Positions 18,534 to 28,729 of a stretch of 64,000 bases of DNA are shown piece after piece. Below the pieces are notes generated by a model, which was not told where the DNA came from, searched no databases, and worked only from the letters and a program-made list of their open reading frames with translations. The position numbers and the translations under genes are program-made. The stretch covers positions 124,001-188,000 of the IMG/VR virus record IMGVR_UViG_3300042934_000980. One strand, given 5' to 3'. Numbering within the stretch: position 1 is the stretch's first letter; each line of letters starts with the position of its first letter.

Positions 18534-18940
18534 TGCTGAGCCCCTTGCTCCGTCTGTTTAAACACCAGTGCGTCCAAGTAGATGCGAAACGCCAGTGCAA
18601 TGACAAAGCTTTTGTTCTCAAACAGCGTGCCGTCAAACGTCGCCGTTTCACCCCCCGGAGTACCTTCCAGCACTTGGGTAAAGGTATTGGTCAGTTGTTG
18701 GAGCGCTTCCTGGTCTGGACCGAGCTCTGTCAATACTTGCAGCTGGATATTGAGCCAGCGGTCAAAGATGTCAGAGCTCTTGGTGACTTGGGCGACAAAG
18801 TCTTCGTAGGCCTCGTCAAAGCGAATCAACGGACGGCGAAACAATTCACCCATGGCCAAGGTCAGTTCAGTGCGCTGATCGTCGAGCATCATGGTGTAGG
18901 CACCACTGACCACGTCTTTTAAAATCAACAACTTATCCAT
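18530..18940 (-). CDS. Hypothetical protein
   Basis: 136 aa within a tightly packed operon. Confidence 0.7.
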   Translation of the reverse strand: MDKLLILKDVVSGAYTMMLDDQRTELTLAMGELFRRPLIRFDEAYEDFVAQVTKSSDIFDRWLNIQLQVLTELGPDQEALQQLTNTFTQVLEGTPGGETATFDGTLFENKSFVIALAFRIYLDALVFKQTEQGAQQ

Positions 18941-18943
18941 GGA

Positions 18944-19633
18944 TCACCCGTACCGGCGGTTGATGTTGTTGTCCAGGTGACGACCCCGAAACAGAAAGTG
19001 GGCGGTCTCCAGTACCTTAGCCACACCGCCTTTCTTCAGGCTGCCGTTGGTGGTGGTCTTGCCCGTGGTCAACAGGTCGTTGCGGTAGGCCTTGAGTGCT
19101 TCCAAGTCACCGCCTTTGACGTTGTACAGCTCGTTGGCCATGGTGTAGAGCCCCAGGTTACGCAGCACCGTGATCTCAGGTTGCGAGATACCGGTGGAAC
19201 GCGATTCACCCATCACCTGTCCGGTCAAGTCGTCGATCATGTAATCGTTCTTGGCCGCCCCGAACTTCTTGACCAGCATCTGACGCTGTTTACGCACTTC
19301 AGCGGTGCCGATGATAGCCTTGTAGGTGGTCATCGACTTGATGTTGGTGTCCTCATCGTAAATGATCAGGCGCTGTTCAGGATCAACCCCGTATTGCTTG
19401 GACAGCTTAAGCAGGTGCTCGTAGTCGAGCTTTTCTGCCTTGTTGTAACTGCTGGCCCAGATCGACAGGGGCATGCCTTGTTCCAGCTTAACGACAAACT
19501 CTTCAAGCTGTTTGTCGGTCATAGGCTTGAGCAACCGTTCGTAAATCACCCGGTTGCCACCGCCGCGGGTCAATGACCCCATGAAGGTGTAGATGAACTC
19601 TTCAAAACCTGCACGATTGCCGGCCATGATCAC
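18944..19633 (-). CDS. Virion RNA polymerase beta subunit, C-terminal part (phiKZ gp149-like)
   Basis: RKQRQMLVKK...IDDLTGQV...ISQPEITVL..LGL....ELYNVKGGD, matching the beta C-terminal region pattern. Confidence 0.8.
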   Translation of the reverse strand: MIMAGNRAGFEEFIYTFMGSLTRGGGNRVIYERLLKPMTDKQLEEFVVKLEQGMPLSIWASSYNKAEKLDYEHLLKLSKQYGVDPEQRLIIYDEDTNIKSMTTYKAIIGTAEVRKQRQMLVKKFGAAKNDYMIDDLTGQVMGESRSTGISQPEITVLRNLGLYTMANELYNVKGGDLEALKAYRNDLLTTGKTTTNGSLKKGGVAKVLETAHFLFRGRHLDNNINRRYG

Positions 19634-20001
19634 TTCCTCTGATAACGGTACTGGGTGGAGGTTTTGTTCACGTTGGTGACGACCTCCTTCGCAGCCAAGA
19701 TGAAGGGATCGGATTCGTTGATGCTGATGACGATCAGTTCGTCAAAGAGCATGGTGTTGTTCTCCAGCGTCTGGCTGAAGAGGGTTTTGTTCCGGTCATT
19801 GACTTCCAACGACGGGATGGAGCCATCGACGTGATGAACCCCGTATTTGCCGGTGACGGTATAAAACGCAACCTCACCTTCACGCTTTTCAACAATGCGC
19901 TGTTTCAATAGTTCGATGTATTCGGCAGGGTCTTTACACAGGTTGACAAAGTTACTGTCTGCCAGAACCAAGATGATGCTTGCGCAGGGGATGGGATCCA
20001 T
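19630..20001 (-). CDS. Hypothetical protein
   Basis: 123 aa, GAGGA SD. Confidence 0.7.
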   Translation of the reverse strand: MDPIPCASIILVLADSNFVNLCKDPAEYIELLKQRIVEKREGEVAFYTVTGKYGVHHVDGSIPSLEVNDRNKTLFSQTLENNTMLFDELIVISINESDPFILAAKEVVTNVNKTSTQYRYQRK

Positions 20002-20072
20002 TGGTGTACTGTCCTCAAACTGTTAGGCAAAGGGGCCTGATAACATAGACCTAGACCCCTTAACCTTGACGA

Positions 20073-21506
20073 TTACTTTTTATCCAGCCAGTATGGCTTG
20101 CGTTCACCCAATGCAATCTTGAGCAGTTCCATGGTGGAGACGGTGTGTTTCTTGATCTCAGGGTTGGTGAACCAGTAGTCCACGGTGTTTTCCAGAATGT
20201 CATTCCAGTCAATACCCTGATCTTTGATCAGCTTGTACAGCTCGGCGGGGGTAATGCGGTACTTGTGTTCCAGGTTCAGCCAGAAGGTCTGCATGAACCA
20301 CATCTGGAAACAGATGGCCAAGGCGCGGTAGAACTTCTTGTCCTCGGTGGATTTTCGCCACACCGTGGTGCGCCCGACCTTGCATTCTGGATACAGCACA
20401 CAGGCGTGACTGATGGCACTGCCTTCCAGGCCAAACATGTTGGACGATTTCATAGCATGATACATGCTGAGGCCTTCCTGGATCCCTAGGCTTTGGGAAC
20501 CAATAAAGAACAGAGCACTGCCAGAGCTGCCACTCTTGTTACGAAAAATGTTAGTTGTGTAGTACAGTAGATCAGGGTTTTCTTTTGCATCTTTACCAAT
20601 GGACACGTCATTGCCGAAGGGATTGGGGTACATCCACTCCTGGCCGGATTTAAGGGCACTGCCCCGGATGATTTCATAACCGATTTGCGGCAGCCGCATC
20701 AGGGATTTAGGCCCCTTCAGTTTCTTGCCTTGGCGAATGAAGACCGATTCTTTTTCCAGCGGTTGACCGGTCATGTTGACGATGTCAGTGACCTGCGCCG
20801 TCCAGACCTGGTAGATGCCCACTTGGCTACCCAACACGTCAGCGTCTTCATAGACAATGCGGCGTTGGTTACCAATGACCAGGTCGCGGGTCTTCTGCGC
20901 ACCGCCTTCGTCGACTTCTTCTTCTTGGAACTTGGCCGAGGTCTTCTCGAAGTGCATTTCCGAGATGGAGTCAACCACAGTCAGGATCGGTGAGATGATC
21001 TTGATCTGCTCGCCGTTGTTAGCCTTGTACGGCGTGGCGATGTAAATGTCGACCTTGTCTTTGATCGCCTGCTTGATTTCTGCATGACGGTCTTTGAACC
21101 ACTGGTGAACGAAGTTACCGTCGCAACCTTCAGCACGGCTGAAGTAGAAGAAGCGTTTGTCCAGCACGTTGGCGTAGAAGTCACCTGGGATGCCAGAGAG
21201 ACGGTCGTACGCATCGGCCAGACGGTCTACGTCAAAGGTGGATTCGATGTCAAAGAAGGCGTTGACCAACGTGTGATATCGATAAAGCCCATTGGCCATA
21301 ATCAAAACAGCTTGACCGGTCTTTTGCGTGTTGTTACCGCCAGTCACTGCGTTGTTACGGCAAATACCACCATTCATGTAGGTCACATCATCAGGACCTA
21401 CTACAAAGCCACCGTTGATCATGTCCATCAAAGGCGAGTAATTCAGTGTCGGGATAACAGTGTTCGAAGACTTCTGTGTCGTAGCCCATGCGTGCGGAGT
21501 TGCCAT
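20073..21506 (-). CDS. uvsX: UvsX/RecA-like recombinase (phiKZ gp152-like)
   Basis: MNGG...AVTGGNNTQKT (UvsX-type Walker A), FFDIES, TVVDSISE (Walker B), RNKSGSSG; synteny. Confidence 0.85.
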   Translation of the reverse strand: MATPHAWATTQKSSNTVIPTLNYSPLMDMINGGFVVGPDDVTYMNGGICRNNAVTGGNNTQKTGQAVLIMANGLYRYHTLVNAFFDIESTFDVDRLADAYDRLSGIPGDFYANVLDKRFFYFSRAEGCDGNFVHQWFKDRHAEIKQAIKDKVDIYIATPYKANNGEQIKIISPILTVVDSISEMHFEKTSAKFQEEEVDEGGAQKTRDLVIGNQRRIVYEDADVLGSQVGIYQVWTAQVTDIVNMTGQPLEKESVFIRQGKKLKGPKSLMRLPQIGYEIIRGSALKSGQEWMYPNPFGNDVSIGKDAKENPDLLYYTTNIFRNKSGSSGSALFFIGSQSLGIQEGLSMYHAMKSSNMFGLEGSAISHACVLYPECKVGRTTVWRKSTEDKKFYRALAICFQMWFMQTFWLNLEHKYRITPAELYKLIKDQGIDWNDILENTVDYWFTNPEIKKHTVSTMELLKIALGERKPYWLDKK

Positions 21507-21606
21507 CTTTATTACTTCCCGATATTTTATGACTTTAACTACGGACCACTTCCCTTAATAGGGGAAAATCGGTCGTCTCTAAACTATACTGATGCCGAGG
21601 TCAGTT

Positions 21607-22464
21607 ATGGAACATTCTACCCTTTCATCGTTTGCCGATAACTACGCAAACGAGATGCAAGAGCTGACCAATGCATTGGCGTTGGTGCGCACCCCCACCC
21701 CACTGTCGGTGATGGGAACCGAAGGCCTGAGCCTTGGCGAAAGCTTTGGCCTGTTCTTCAAAGAGTTTTCCACCAACATCGACAAGCGCATGGCCGGGCT
21801 GAGCAAGTCGGTACACAAGGTGGATTTCTCCCACGCGGAAACCAACATCCGCAATAAGAAGGTACTGTTTGTCAAAAACGGTGGCCTTCTGGTGCTGACC
21901 CCTCAAGGGTTCCGTCCAGGTCTTGCGAACATGGCAGGGCACACCAAAGCAGTTACCGGTGGGGTCTACCTGATCAGCAGTCTCAAAACCGAGGCAACAA
22001 GGCTATATCATTGGCTCAAGCAAATTGCCAAGACCGGACGGATGGACAGCTCGTTCCGCTGGACCGTGTCGGACTTCGACCAGGCCATGGATGCAGGGGT
22101 TAACTACATCAAGAACCTGCCTGTGCAAGACCGCCAAACCCGTCACCCGCTCGCTCAGGTGTACGTAAGCTTTGAAGAGTTCTTCGAAGTGGTCAACGGC
22201 TTCAACAACTCGGTCAGCCTGATCGGTGCGCGCGATATCGAACTGATCACTCGCGAACTGACCAACGTCTACGAGCTCGGTAGCTTGATCGTCAACAAGA
22301 TCAAAGCCAACGACTTGCTGCTCAATGAAGCAGCGATCGCCGACATTGAATCTGTGATCAACCGGTTCGTGGAACTGACCAACGTCTGCGGTGCGATGAT
22401 GGCCTTGCTCAACGAGTTGACCCAGGTGTTCACCGAACAAAGCAAAACGTTCGAAAAATTATAA
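21607..22464 (+). CDS. Probable virion structural protein
   Basis: GAGG SD before ATG 21607; divergent from uvsX; upstream TTTTATG late-type motif near 21524-21530. Confidence 0.65.
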   Translation: MEHSTLSSFADNYANEMQELTNALALVRTPTPLSVMGTEGLSLGESFGLFFKEFSTNIDKRMAGLSKSVHKVDFSHAETNIRNKKVLFVKNGGLLVLTPQGFRPGLANMAGHTKAVTGGVYLISSLKTEATRLYHWLKQIAKTGRMDSSFRWTVSDFDQAMDAGVNYIKNLPVQDRQTRHPLAQVYVSFEEFFEVVNGFNNSVSLIGARDIELITRELTNVYELGSLIVNKIKANDLLLNEAAIADIESVINRFVELTNVCGAMMALLNELTQVFTEQSKTFEKL

Positions 22465-22474
22465 GAACCGGACA

Positions 22475-22509
22475 TATAGCGTAGGCAGGGGTAACCTGCC
22501 TACGCTATA
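22475..22509. terminator. Hairpin between convergent genes
   Basis: TATAGCGTAGGCAGG-GGTAA-CCTGCCTACGCTATA. Confidence 0.75.
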
Positions 22510-22513
22510 GCCG

Positions 22514-24016
22514 TTATTCCGCTTTTCTACCTAGCTCGGCTAGGGTTAGAACCCGCAGGTTGGCAATCGCGCTGGTGTGTACGTAGATGAACTCTTCAGT
22601 CTCCACCAAAGTGCAGAACCGCAAACCCTTGTCATTGCGTGTGTCCGTTACCGCCCACACCTTGATATTGGGATCTTCAATCGAACTGAACGCATTGCGC
22701 TCAGGGATGTCGTACCCCACCGACAACAGGATGTTGACAGGCTTCACCGCCTTGGGGTGTTCGACCGGTACCTTAATGGTGGTCCGCAACTGGTTAAAGT
22801 CCGGATGCACCTTAAGCTTGGCCACCCCCTTAGGGTTCACCTCTTTGGTGTAGATCAGGTCGGTGATGTCGTAGAACCGACAGTGCCCAAAGATGTTGTT
22901 GGCATCCTTTTTACGGAACGCTTGAAACACCACATCCATCTCCAAGAGAAAGTCTCGGATACGGTAGGACATCATCACAGGCTTGATCAGTTCAATCAAC
23001 ACCGGGCGGCCGTTCTGTTTTACAAACGGGGACACCAGCTGATGCTTGACAGGCACTGCCGGTACGGTGTCCAAGAGCCTGGCCACGTCTTTGGAGACGA
23101 GTTGGTTCAAGTCACCCGCTGACAGGTAGCCGTCGGGGTTATCGATGCGCCGATGGGTGTAGCCAAAGAGCTTGTCCAACAGAGCCACTGGGCGTTTGGT
23201 GTAGAGCCTGGAATAGGTCACATCCGGGGTCAACTTGCCGTAGTAGTTCTTGTCAGGTTCCACCTTACCAAACCCGTACACCCGGTACCCGTCTTGTTCC
23301 TTAAAGAACTCTTCAGGGTTGTTGGTCTCAAAGTACCACCGGGTGGCGCTGACAATCTTGTTGAAGTCAACCTCGGGGTTTTCGTAGTCTTTGCGCGATT
23401 GAATGATGAGCTTGGGGGATTTGTCAAAACCCCAATTGTAAATCACCTCGGCCAGGTCCAGTTGCTTTTGAGCGTCGCGGTTACCCATACCGCCTTCAGC
23501 GCTGCCGGCAAAGTCAAAGAAGATCTTGCGGTCTTTGTCCAAGCTGACGACGTTTAGCTGGGCTGCTACCAACTCACCCAGATTACGCTCATCCTCGGTC
23601 ACCACATGCTTACCGATTTTAAGCTCGTCTTTACCCAGCCAGTCTTTGACCTTGGTGATCAGTTCCAGCTCCTTGTGCGGGGTGACGATGCACAAGTTCT
23701 TTTGTTTCTGGTCGTTGGCAAGCTTAAGGATCTCTAGGAGACCCAACAGCAAGCTTTCGAGAAAGCTGCGTGCCGTGGGCACGGTCAGGGTTAAGACGTC
23801 CGAGACCACCACTACGGTGTTTGCTTTTTGTGGATTACCGGTGTAGTACCCAGTGGAAGTAGGAACGTCTTTGGCTAGTTTCTTCTTGCCTTCCTGAGCG
23901 ACATCGTAAGTGTAGCCGTGACCGCCGAGGAAGTGATGTTTTTTGGTCTTCCCTTCTACGGCTACATTAGCAACCAGATAAACCACCATGTTTATCGTGG
24001 GGATCTTATCATCCAT
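22514..24016 (-). CDS. RNase H-fold protein (phiKZ gp155-like), catalytic residues apparently degenerate
   Basis: GGHGYTY, LESLLLGL and GNRDAQKQL align with RNase HI elements; position matches gp155. Start uncertain (24016 preferred over 24196). Confidence 0.65.
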   Translation of the reverse strand: MDDKIPTINMVVYLVANVAVEGKTKKHHFLGGHGYTYDVAQEGKKKLAKDVPTSTGYYTGNPQKANTVVVVSDVLTLTVPTARSFLESLLLGLLEILKLANDQKQKNLCIVTPHKELELITKVKDWLGKDELKIGKHVVTEDERNLGELVAAQLNVVSLDKDRKIFFDFAGSAEGGMGNRDAQKQLDLAEVIYNWGFDKSPKLIIQSRKDYENPEVDFNKIVSATRWYFETNNPEEFFKEQDGYRVYGFGKVEPDKNYYGKLTPDVTYSRLYTKRPVALLDKLFGYTHRRIDNPDGYLSAGDLNQLVSKDVARLLDTVPAVPVKHQLVSPFVKQNGRPVLIELIKPVMMSYRIRDFLLEMDVVFQAFRKKDANNIFGHCRFYDITDLIYTKEVNPKGVAKLKVHPDFNQLRTTIKVPVEHPKAVKPVNILLSVGYDIPERNAFSSIEDPNIKVWAVTDTRNDKGLRFCTLVETEEFIYVHTSAIANLRVLTLAELGRKAE

Positions 24017-24074
24017 TGTGAGCTGCTCTGCTAAGGAGTTAATGTTGCGCATTAGATTGCTGGCGAGGTAATTA

Positions 24075-24542
24075 TTAACGGGTGGTGGTCCTGCTGGGTG
24101 CAAGGCACTTTTGCAGCAACACTTCGTTGTTTCTTTTGATTCGCTCAGCGTCTTGAAGCGTGCGCAACAAGATAGGACGTAAAAAGTTGTTCTCATCCTT
24201 AAGCATGATATTGTTCTTGAACAACAGCATGTTCTCCTGCTTGATCAGGTTTACTTGCCTGTTCAAGCTATCGTTGATACGGATAAAGCTGTTGATGGGA
24301 CCGCCATCGGTTTGATCGAACAGCAAGCTGACTTTGGAGACACCCGATTCCATGTCAGCCAGTTCCATGCGTAAATTTACGTTAGCCATTAACATGCTAA
24401 CCCCTAACCATCCCAGAATGGCGATGAGGAAAACGGCCGATTTAAGAGCAGACGTCAATTGTTCTTCGACCGTATCCCCCTTCACAAATCGTAGGACAAA
24501 TTCTATGAATCTGTCGGCTAGCTCTTTGATGAGCCCAAACAT
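24075..24542 (-). CDS. Membrane protein, single TM plus coiled coil
   Basis: AVFLIAILGWLGVSMLMA TM helix, heptad-rich C-terminal half, AAGGA SD. Confidence 0.7.
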   Translation of the reverse strand: MFGLIKELADRFIEFVLRFVKGDTVEEQLTSALKSAVFLIAILGWLGVSMLMANVNLRMELADMESGVSKVSLLFDQTDGGPINSFIRINDSLNRQVNLIKQENMLLFKNNIMLKDENNFLRPILLRTLQDAERIKRNNEVLLQKCLAPSRTTTR

Positions 24543-24579
24543 AAGAGTTATCCTTTACTTCATAGGTGGATGATCAGTC

Positions 24580-25920
24580 ATGACAACCAGTTACCTTTCT
24601 TTTGGTAGTATTGCAAAGCTTCACAACAACAGTCTACTGGTCACCTCACCAATCGGTGAACTGTCCAACAAGGCGCGCACGTACGCCAAGGACCCCGGTG
24701 TCTTTAACCTCGACTCCAAAGTCAGCGAGACTGTTCTCTACAACTTTCTGTCACAGACAGACAACGTTGATATCGTCATGCCCCAGGCTATTGCCGAGGT
24801 GCAGATCAATATCGGCGACTGGTTGTACACACAGGCCAAAAACGGCAACATCACCGGTAACCGCCCCAATACCCTCGCGTTGCTGCAAGCCACCTTCAGC
24901 AACAACATCGAGATTACCGACATTGGGGAGATGGTCACCAACAACGCCATCTTCTTTCCAAGTTTCGTAAAAGGCAATCACATCGTCGGCGACGACAAAC
25001 AAAGTTTCTACCTCTGGTTTGCCGAAGAATACTTCCGCACGCAATACCCGGTTGTTTCGTTCACCGTGGTGCACCCTCTCCCGATCGAGGAGATGGACAC
25101 CTTGATGTCCCTGAACTACCACCAGATCGAAACCCGGTTGTTGAAAGAGACGCCCGACGTCATCGAAGACCGCGCCCACGCCCTGACCAACCAGAGCGCT
25201 CACCCCTACACCGAACGCAACGTGGTGTCGTTCCAGATCATGGACCTGGTGAACACCCCCAACTACAACGTTGGGTACTGGCGCTTTCTGGAGTGGGGTA
25301 ACGGCGAAGACTCCGAAGATCAGCTGTTTGACCAGATCAAGAAAGAAATCCTGGACAACAGCAAGTACCCGGAAAGCCAATGGGAAGACAAGATCCCCGA
25401 TCTGTTCAACCCGTTGGAGTGGTACGTACTGCCTTACTTCAACCGCTTGGGGGTCAAGAACAAGACCAACGGTGCCAGCTCGCTCTCGCCGATTGTTGAC
25501 CGCGAAAGCATGATGGCGTTGGTGGATCACTTCCTGACCCCGAACATGACAGCTGACCACGTCATAAAATCCACCCAAGTGGTGCCCTTTCTCTACAAGT
25601 CGCTGGCCTGTGCCTTTGTAGCGAAACTGAACAACCGCGAGGGGATGGAAAAGATCGACGCGATCATCCCCGATTATCAACTGATCCCATCGACCGATTC
25701 AGACTTCGACTTGATGTCTGGGGCGACCATGGATTTTGTCATCAAGATGCAAGAACTGCTGGCAGCGGCTGAAACCGTTACCCCGATCAACCTGACTCCG
25801 GCTGGGATCACCCGTATTGTGCGCTTTGGCAAAACGTGTGTGGCCCGGCGTATCGGCAAGGTCAAGTACATCGTGGTGACGCGTTACCAGTACCTGCAAG
25901 ACGGATTGATCGAGGAATAA
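24580..25920 (+). CDS. Probable virion structural protein
   Basis: 446 aa; SPIGELS..ARTYAKD N-terminal pattern; synteny with phiKZ gp157-like genes. Confidence 0.65.
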   Translation: MTTSYLSFGSIAKLHNNSLLVTSPIGELSNKARTYAKDPGVFNLDSKVSETVLYNFLSQTDNVDIVMPQAIAEVQINIGDWLYTQAKNGNITGNRPNTLALLQATFSNNIEITDIGEMVTNNAIFFPSFVKGNHIVGDDKQSFYLWFAEEYFRTQYPVVSFTVVHPLPIEEMDTLMSLNYHQIETRLLKETPDVIEDRAHALTNQSAHPYTERNVVSFQIMDLVNTPNYNVGYWRFLEWGNGEDSEDQLFDQIKKEILDNSKYPESQWEDKIPDLFNPLEWYVLPYFNRLGVKNKTNGASSLSPIVDRESMMALVDHFLTPNMTADHVIKSTQVVPFLYKSLACAFVAKLNNREGMEKIDAIIPDYQLIPSTDSDFDLMSGATMDFVIKMQELLAAAETVTPINLTPAGITRIVRFGKTCVARRIGKVKYIVVTRYQYLQDGLIEE

Positions 25921-25923
25921 CCC

Positions 25924-26574
25924 ATGGCAGAACTGACGCAAAACCTGATCCCTACCCTGCGGGCAGCCGGTCGGTTTGAAGCGGAAGCGCCGTTTGATAA
26001 GGTGGTGAACGTTGCCACCTATTATTCGGTTGAAGCGCTGCGCACCATCGAGGAGATGGAAGCGTTAAAGCTTAACCTGTACAGTCTAGTGTTTGCCCCC
26101 ATCGGGCTTAAGCAGGAAGACTACAGTGCTGTGCTGGAACGTGCCCGTGCAGCCGGTTCGATCATTGTCACCCTGACTGCACGCAACACGGCTCCTGTGT
26201 ATGTGCTTAGTACCTACTTCAAATCGTTCCCCTTGGTGGACGGTGTAGCGTACGAACGCATGGTGCTGGTGGCTGACTGCGGTGCTTTGCCGCCAGGGAT
26301 GAAAGACGCCTTAGCCCAAGCCCAAGCGCATTTCTCCTCCTACTTAGCCAACACGGTGGGAATCAGCGCGCAGGTGCAATTGGGAACCGTCCCCACCATT
26401 GGTTACGTGTCTGCTGAAGAGGCCCGTATCTTTGAGAACACCCGCTTGAACAAGATCACGGACGGCGATAACGACGTGGCCAAGATCAAGAAGCTTCAAG
26501 ACGAGTTGGTGGCCAAAGACGCGTACATCGTGGAATTGGAAACCCGTTTGGGTGCACGCCCTGCAACAACATAA
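25924..26574 (+). CDS. Conserved hypothetical protein
   Basis: 216 aa, GAGG SD, C-terminal coiled coil. Confidence 0.75.
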   Translation: MAELTQNLIPTLRAAGRFEAEAPFDKVVNVATYYSVEALRTIEEMEALKLNLYSLVFAPIGLKQEDYSAVLERARAAGSIIVTLTARNTAPVYVLSTYFKSFPLVDGVAYERMVLVADCGALPPGMKDALAQAQAHFSSYLANTVGISAQVQLGTVPTIGYVSAEEARIFENTRLNKITDGDNDVAKIKKLQDELVAKDAYIVELETRLGARPATT

Positions 26575-26582
26575 AGCGGCCA

Positions 26583-26620
26583 TAACCCCTACCCCGACCA
26601 TAACGGTGGGGTAGGGGCTA
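26583..26620. terminator. Hairpin between convergent genes
   Basis: CCCCTACCCC...GGGGTAGGGG. Confidence 0.7.
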
Positions 26621-26628
26621 CGGTTTAT

Positions 26629-28422
26629 TTACACACGGCGGATAGAGCCTACTTCGATGCCGTCGCTGATGTCAGCTTTGACGCGGTAGTCGTACGGTTT
26701 GATGAACGGGTTACCCAAGTTCAACAGGTATGAGTACAACGCTTCTACAAAGCTTTCGGTGTAGCGGTTCAAGATCAGACTGGTAAAGTCCAGTTCCGGA
26801 TCGACGACCTTGGTGGGTGCTCGGTCGTCATGATACTCCCAGACGATCCAGCTGTTCAGGTCCAGACCAATGCGCCCGCCCTTGGTCGTCAGACGCCGTA
26901 CAACGTTGTCTGTTACGTGCATGACCATGTCTTCTACATCTTCAGGCTTGCAGCCGTACAGCTTCTTGGTGAAGTGTGAGGCGGCGAACATGAGGGTCTT
27001 GACTTCTTGGGCAAACTCGGCCTGGATCACCGGGTGCTGGCTGATCAGCTTGCGCGTCTTTTCGATGTCGTTGTTGGTGTGCTTGGCGAGCACAATGATC
27101 TGCTTGGCGGTGACCAAACTTTTCTTGTCAACGTTCCATTCAAAGATGTTGATGGGGTTATCCCCCACGTTGATCTCACCGCTTTCCGGCAACAGCGGGT
27201 AGACCTTTTCCAGGCTGACGTTCAGCGTTTGCATGGCCTTGTCCGGTGCCTTGAACACCAAGTACAGGTCATGGTCCCGTTTACCGTCCACGTTGATCAG
27301 CGAGAGCGCACGCTGGGTGATGTCGCGCAGGTTTTCGGCCACCTTGTTCTTGAGGCGCTTGACATGCCCGTCTAGATCGGTGAAATCACCGTCAACCAGA
27401 CCTTCCATGGGGTCGGCGTTGAACATCGATCGCATCATCCAGCTCAGCGGCAACTCTATAGGTGTCTTCGACACATTGAGGTGCAGCCCCTTCTTTTGCC
27501 ACTCTTCGCGGTAGTTCCCGCCCTTGGCCCAGACCAGATCGCCGTCGTCGCGGATACCGGCAATGAACTTGTCAAAGTCCTTGTCCAGCACGGCGTACGT
27601 CTGCGACTTGTCGCCCAACTGGAAACGAATCCAGCGCGCTTCGTCGTCACCGATAATGCCTTGGAACGTGAAGATGGTAGGATCAACCACAGTCCCAAAA
27701 CCTTCCTGGGTGTTTGGGTTGACGCGGTTGTAGAACACCAGCAACCGATCGACCACCAGTTGAGTCTGTGCGTCCAGCTGGCCTTCGGCCGGGTGCAGGA
27801 TCTGCATACCAAGGGTCTTGCCTTCGACCAACCGTTCCAGCAAACCGCCATCCAGACCGCGTGTGAGGTTACTCATCGGTTCAATATAGCCCTGGGGTTG
27901 GTCTGTGGTTCCCCCTCGCCAAACAGGAGGCTGTTTCACGAAGTTGTCGGGGTTGCTCAGCACTGCCATGTCCACAGGCTCCCTGGCGTCCATAGCCTCG
28001 CGGTACTCCACAACGATGTCCCGGTGCGCCAGACGTTGTTGGAAGTCCAGAATGTTGGTGCAGTGCAGCCAGTGTTCGAGGTCTTTCGTGAAACCTGCCT
28101 CTACGGCCTGTTCGAACTCGACGTCATCATTGACCAGCGGGATCCAGCCCCATTTGTACTGATCATAATAAGGAGCGTGTTCAGGAATGAGGAACACCAC
28201 GTCGTCGCCAAAGAGTTTGGTATAGACGTTACGGGCCATGGTGGAGAGCATGGCTTCACGGTTCTCTGCCCATTCTTGCTCACTTGGAATCTGAGCGAGC
28301 ACTTCTTGCGTGTCGACTGAAGGGTCAATCACAGGTGATGGGATGTCGGTGGAGAACGCTTCTGGGTTTTGCAGCAGGGATTTGATAGCAACGCTACCTG
28401 CTGGTTTCTTTTCGTCAGCCAT
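26629..28422 (-). CDS. Hypothetical protein (597 aa)
   Basis: Long ORF, AAGGA SD, typical codon usage; no motif recognised. Confidence 0.8.
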   Translation of the reverse strand: MADEKKPAGSVAIKSLLQNPEAFSTDIPSPVIDPSVDTQEVLAQIPSEQEWAENREAMLSTMARNVYTKLFGDDVVFLIPEHAPYYDQYKWGWIPLVNDDVEFEQAVEAGFTKDLEHWLHCTNILDFQQRLAHRDIVVEYREAMDAREPVDMAVLSNPDNFVKQPPVWRGGTTDQPQGYIEPMSNLTRGLDGGLLERLVEGKTLGMQILHPAEGQLDAQTQLVVDRLLVFYNRVNPNTQEGFGTVVDPTIFTFQGIIGDDEARWIRFQLGDKSQTYAVLDKDFDKFIAGIRDDGDLVWAKGGNYREEWQKKGLHLNVSKTPIELPLSWMMRSMFNADPMEGLVDGDFTDLDGHVKRLKNKVAENLRDITQRALSLINVDGKRDHDLYLVFKAPDKAMQTLNVSLEKVYPLLPESGEINVGDNPINIFEWNVDKKSLVTAKQIIVLAKHTNNDIEKTRKLISQHPVIQAEFAQEVKTLMFAASHFTKKLYGCKPEDVEDMVMHVTDNVVRRLTTKGGRIGLDLNSWIVWEYHDDRAPTKVVDPELDFTSLILNRYTESFVEALYSYLLNLGNPFIKPYDYRVKADISDGIEVGSIRRV

Positions 28423-28438
28423 TGTTACTTCCTTTCTA

Positions 28439-28702
28439 TCAAGTTCTTTTGTGTTTGCCGGTGTGTAGAGTTGTGTACTGCTCAGAAACTGGGTGCTTCA
28501 CGACAGTGGCGTTCTTATCCAGTTCTTCAAGAAGGGTCATACCGTCCAAGAACGGCTTGCCGCAAATACGTTTACCGTCCACCACGATCGTGTGAGGGGC
28601 GACTTTATCTTTGTCAAGATCAGCAACCACGAAATTCAAACCCCCAGTACCGGGATCAACTGCCGTTACTTGGACGGGTTGTTCGGTTTTATTATCAGAC
28701 AC
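28439..28702 (-). CDS. Hypothetical protein
   Basis: 87 aa, GTG start with AGGGG SD. Confidence 0.6.
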   Translation of the reverse strand: MSDNKTEQPVQVTAVDPGTGGLNFVVADLDKDKVAPHTIVVDGKRICGKPFLDGMTLLEELDKNATVVKHPVSEQYTTLHTGKHKRT

Positions 28703-28729
28703 TGGCGTTCCCCTTTAAGGACAATAATC

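Noticed and set aside
20040-20056. Possible early promoter GTCTAGGTCTATGTTAT
   Set aside because: Too many mismatches to the consensus; could equally be a TATG late site.
24017-24196. Cys-rich extension MRTTFYVLSCC... as an embedded o-spanin or RNase H N-terminus
   Set aside because: The hydrophobic region is too short for a lipoprotein signal and it overlaps another gene; likely an incidental open frame.
26629-28422. 597-aa protein as chimallin (nuclear shell protein)
   Set aside because: Only the size is similar; no recognised motif, and the genomic context does not fit.
28493-28729. N-terminal extension of the helicase ORF
   Set aside because: Overlaps the minus-strand gene 28439-28702; the SD supports ATG 28730.
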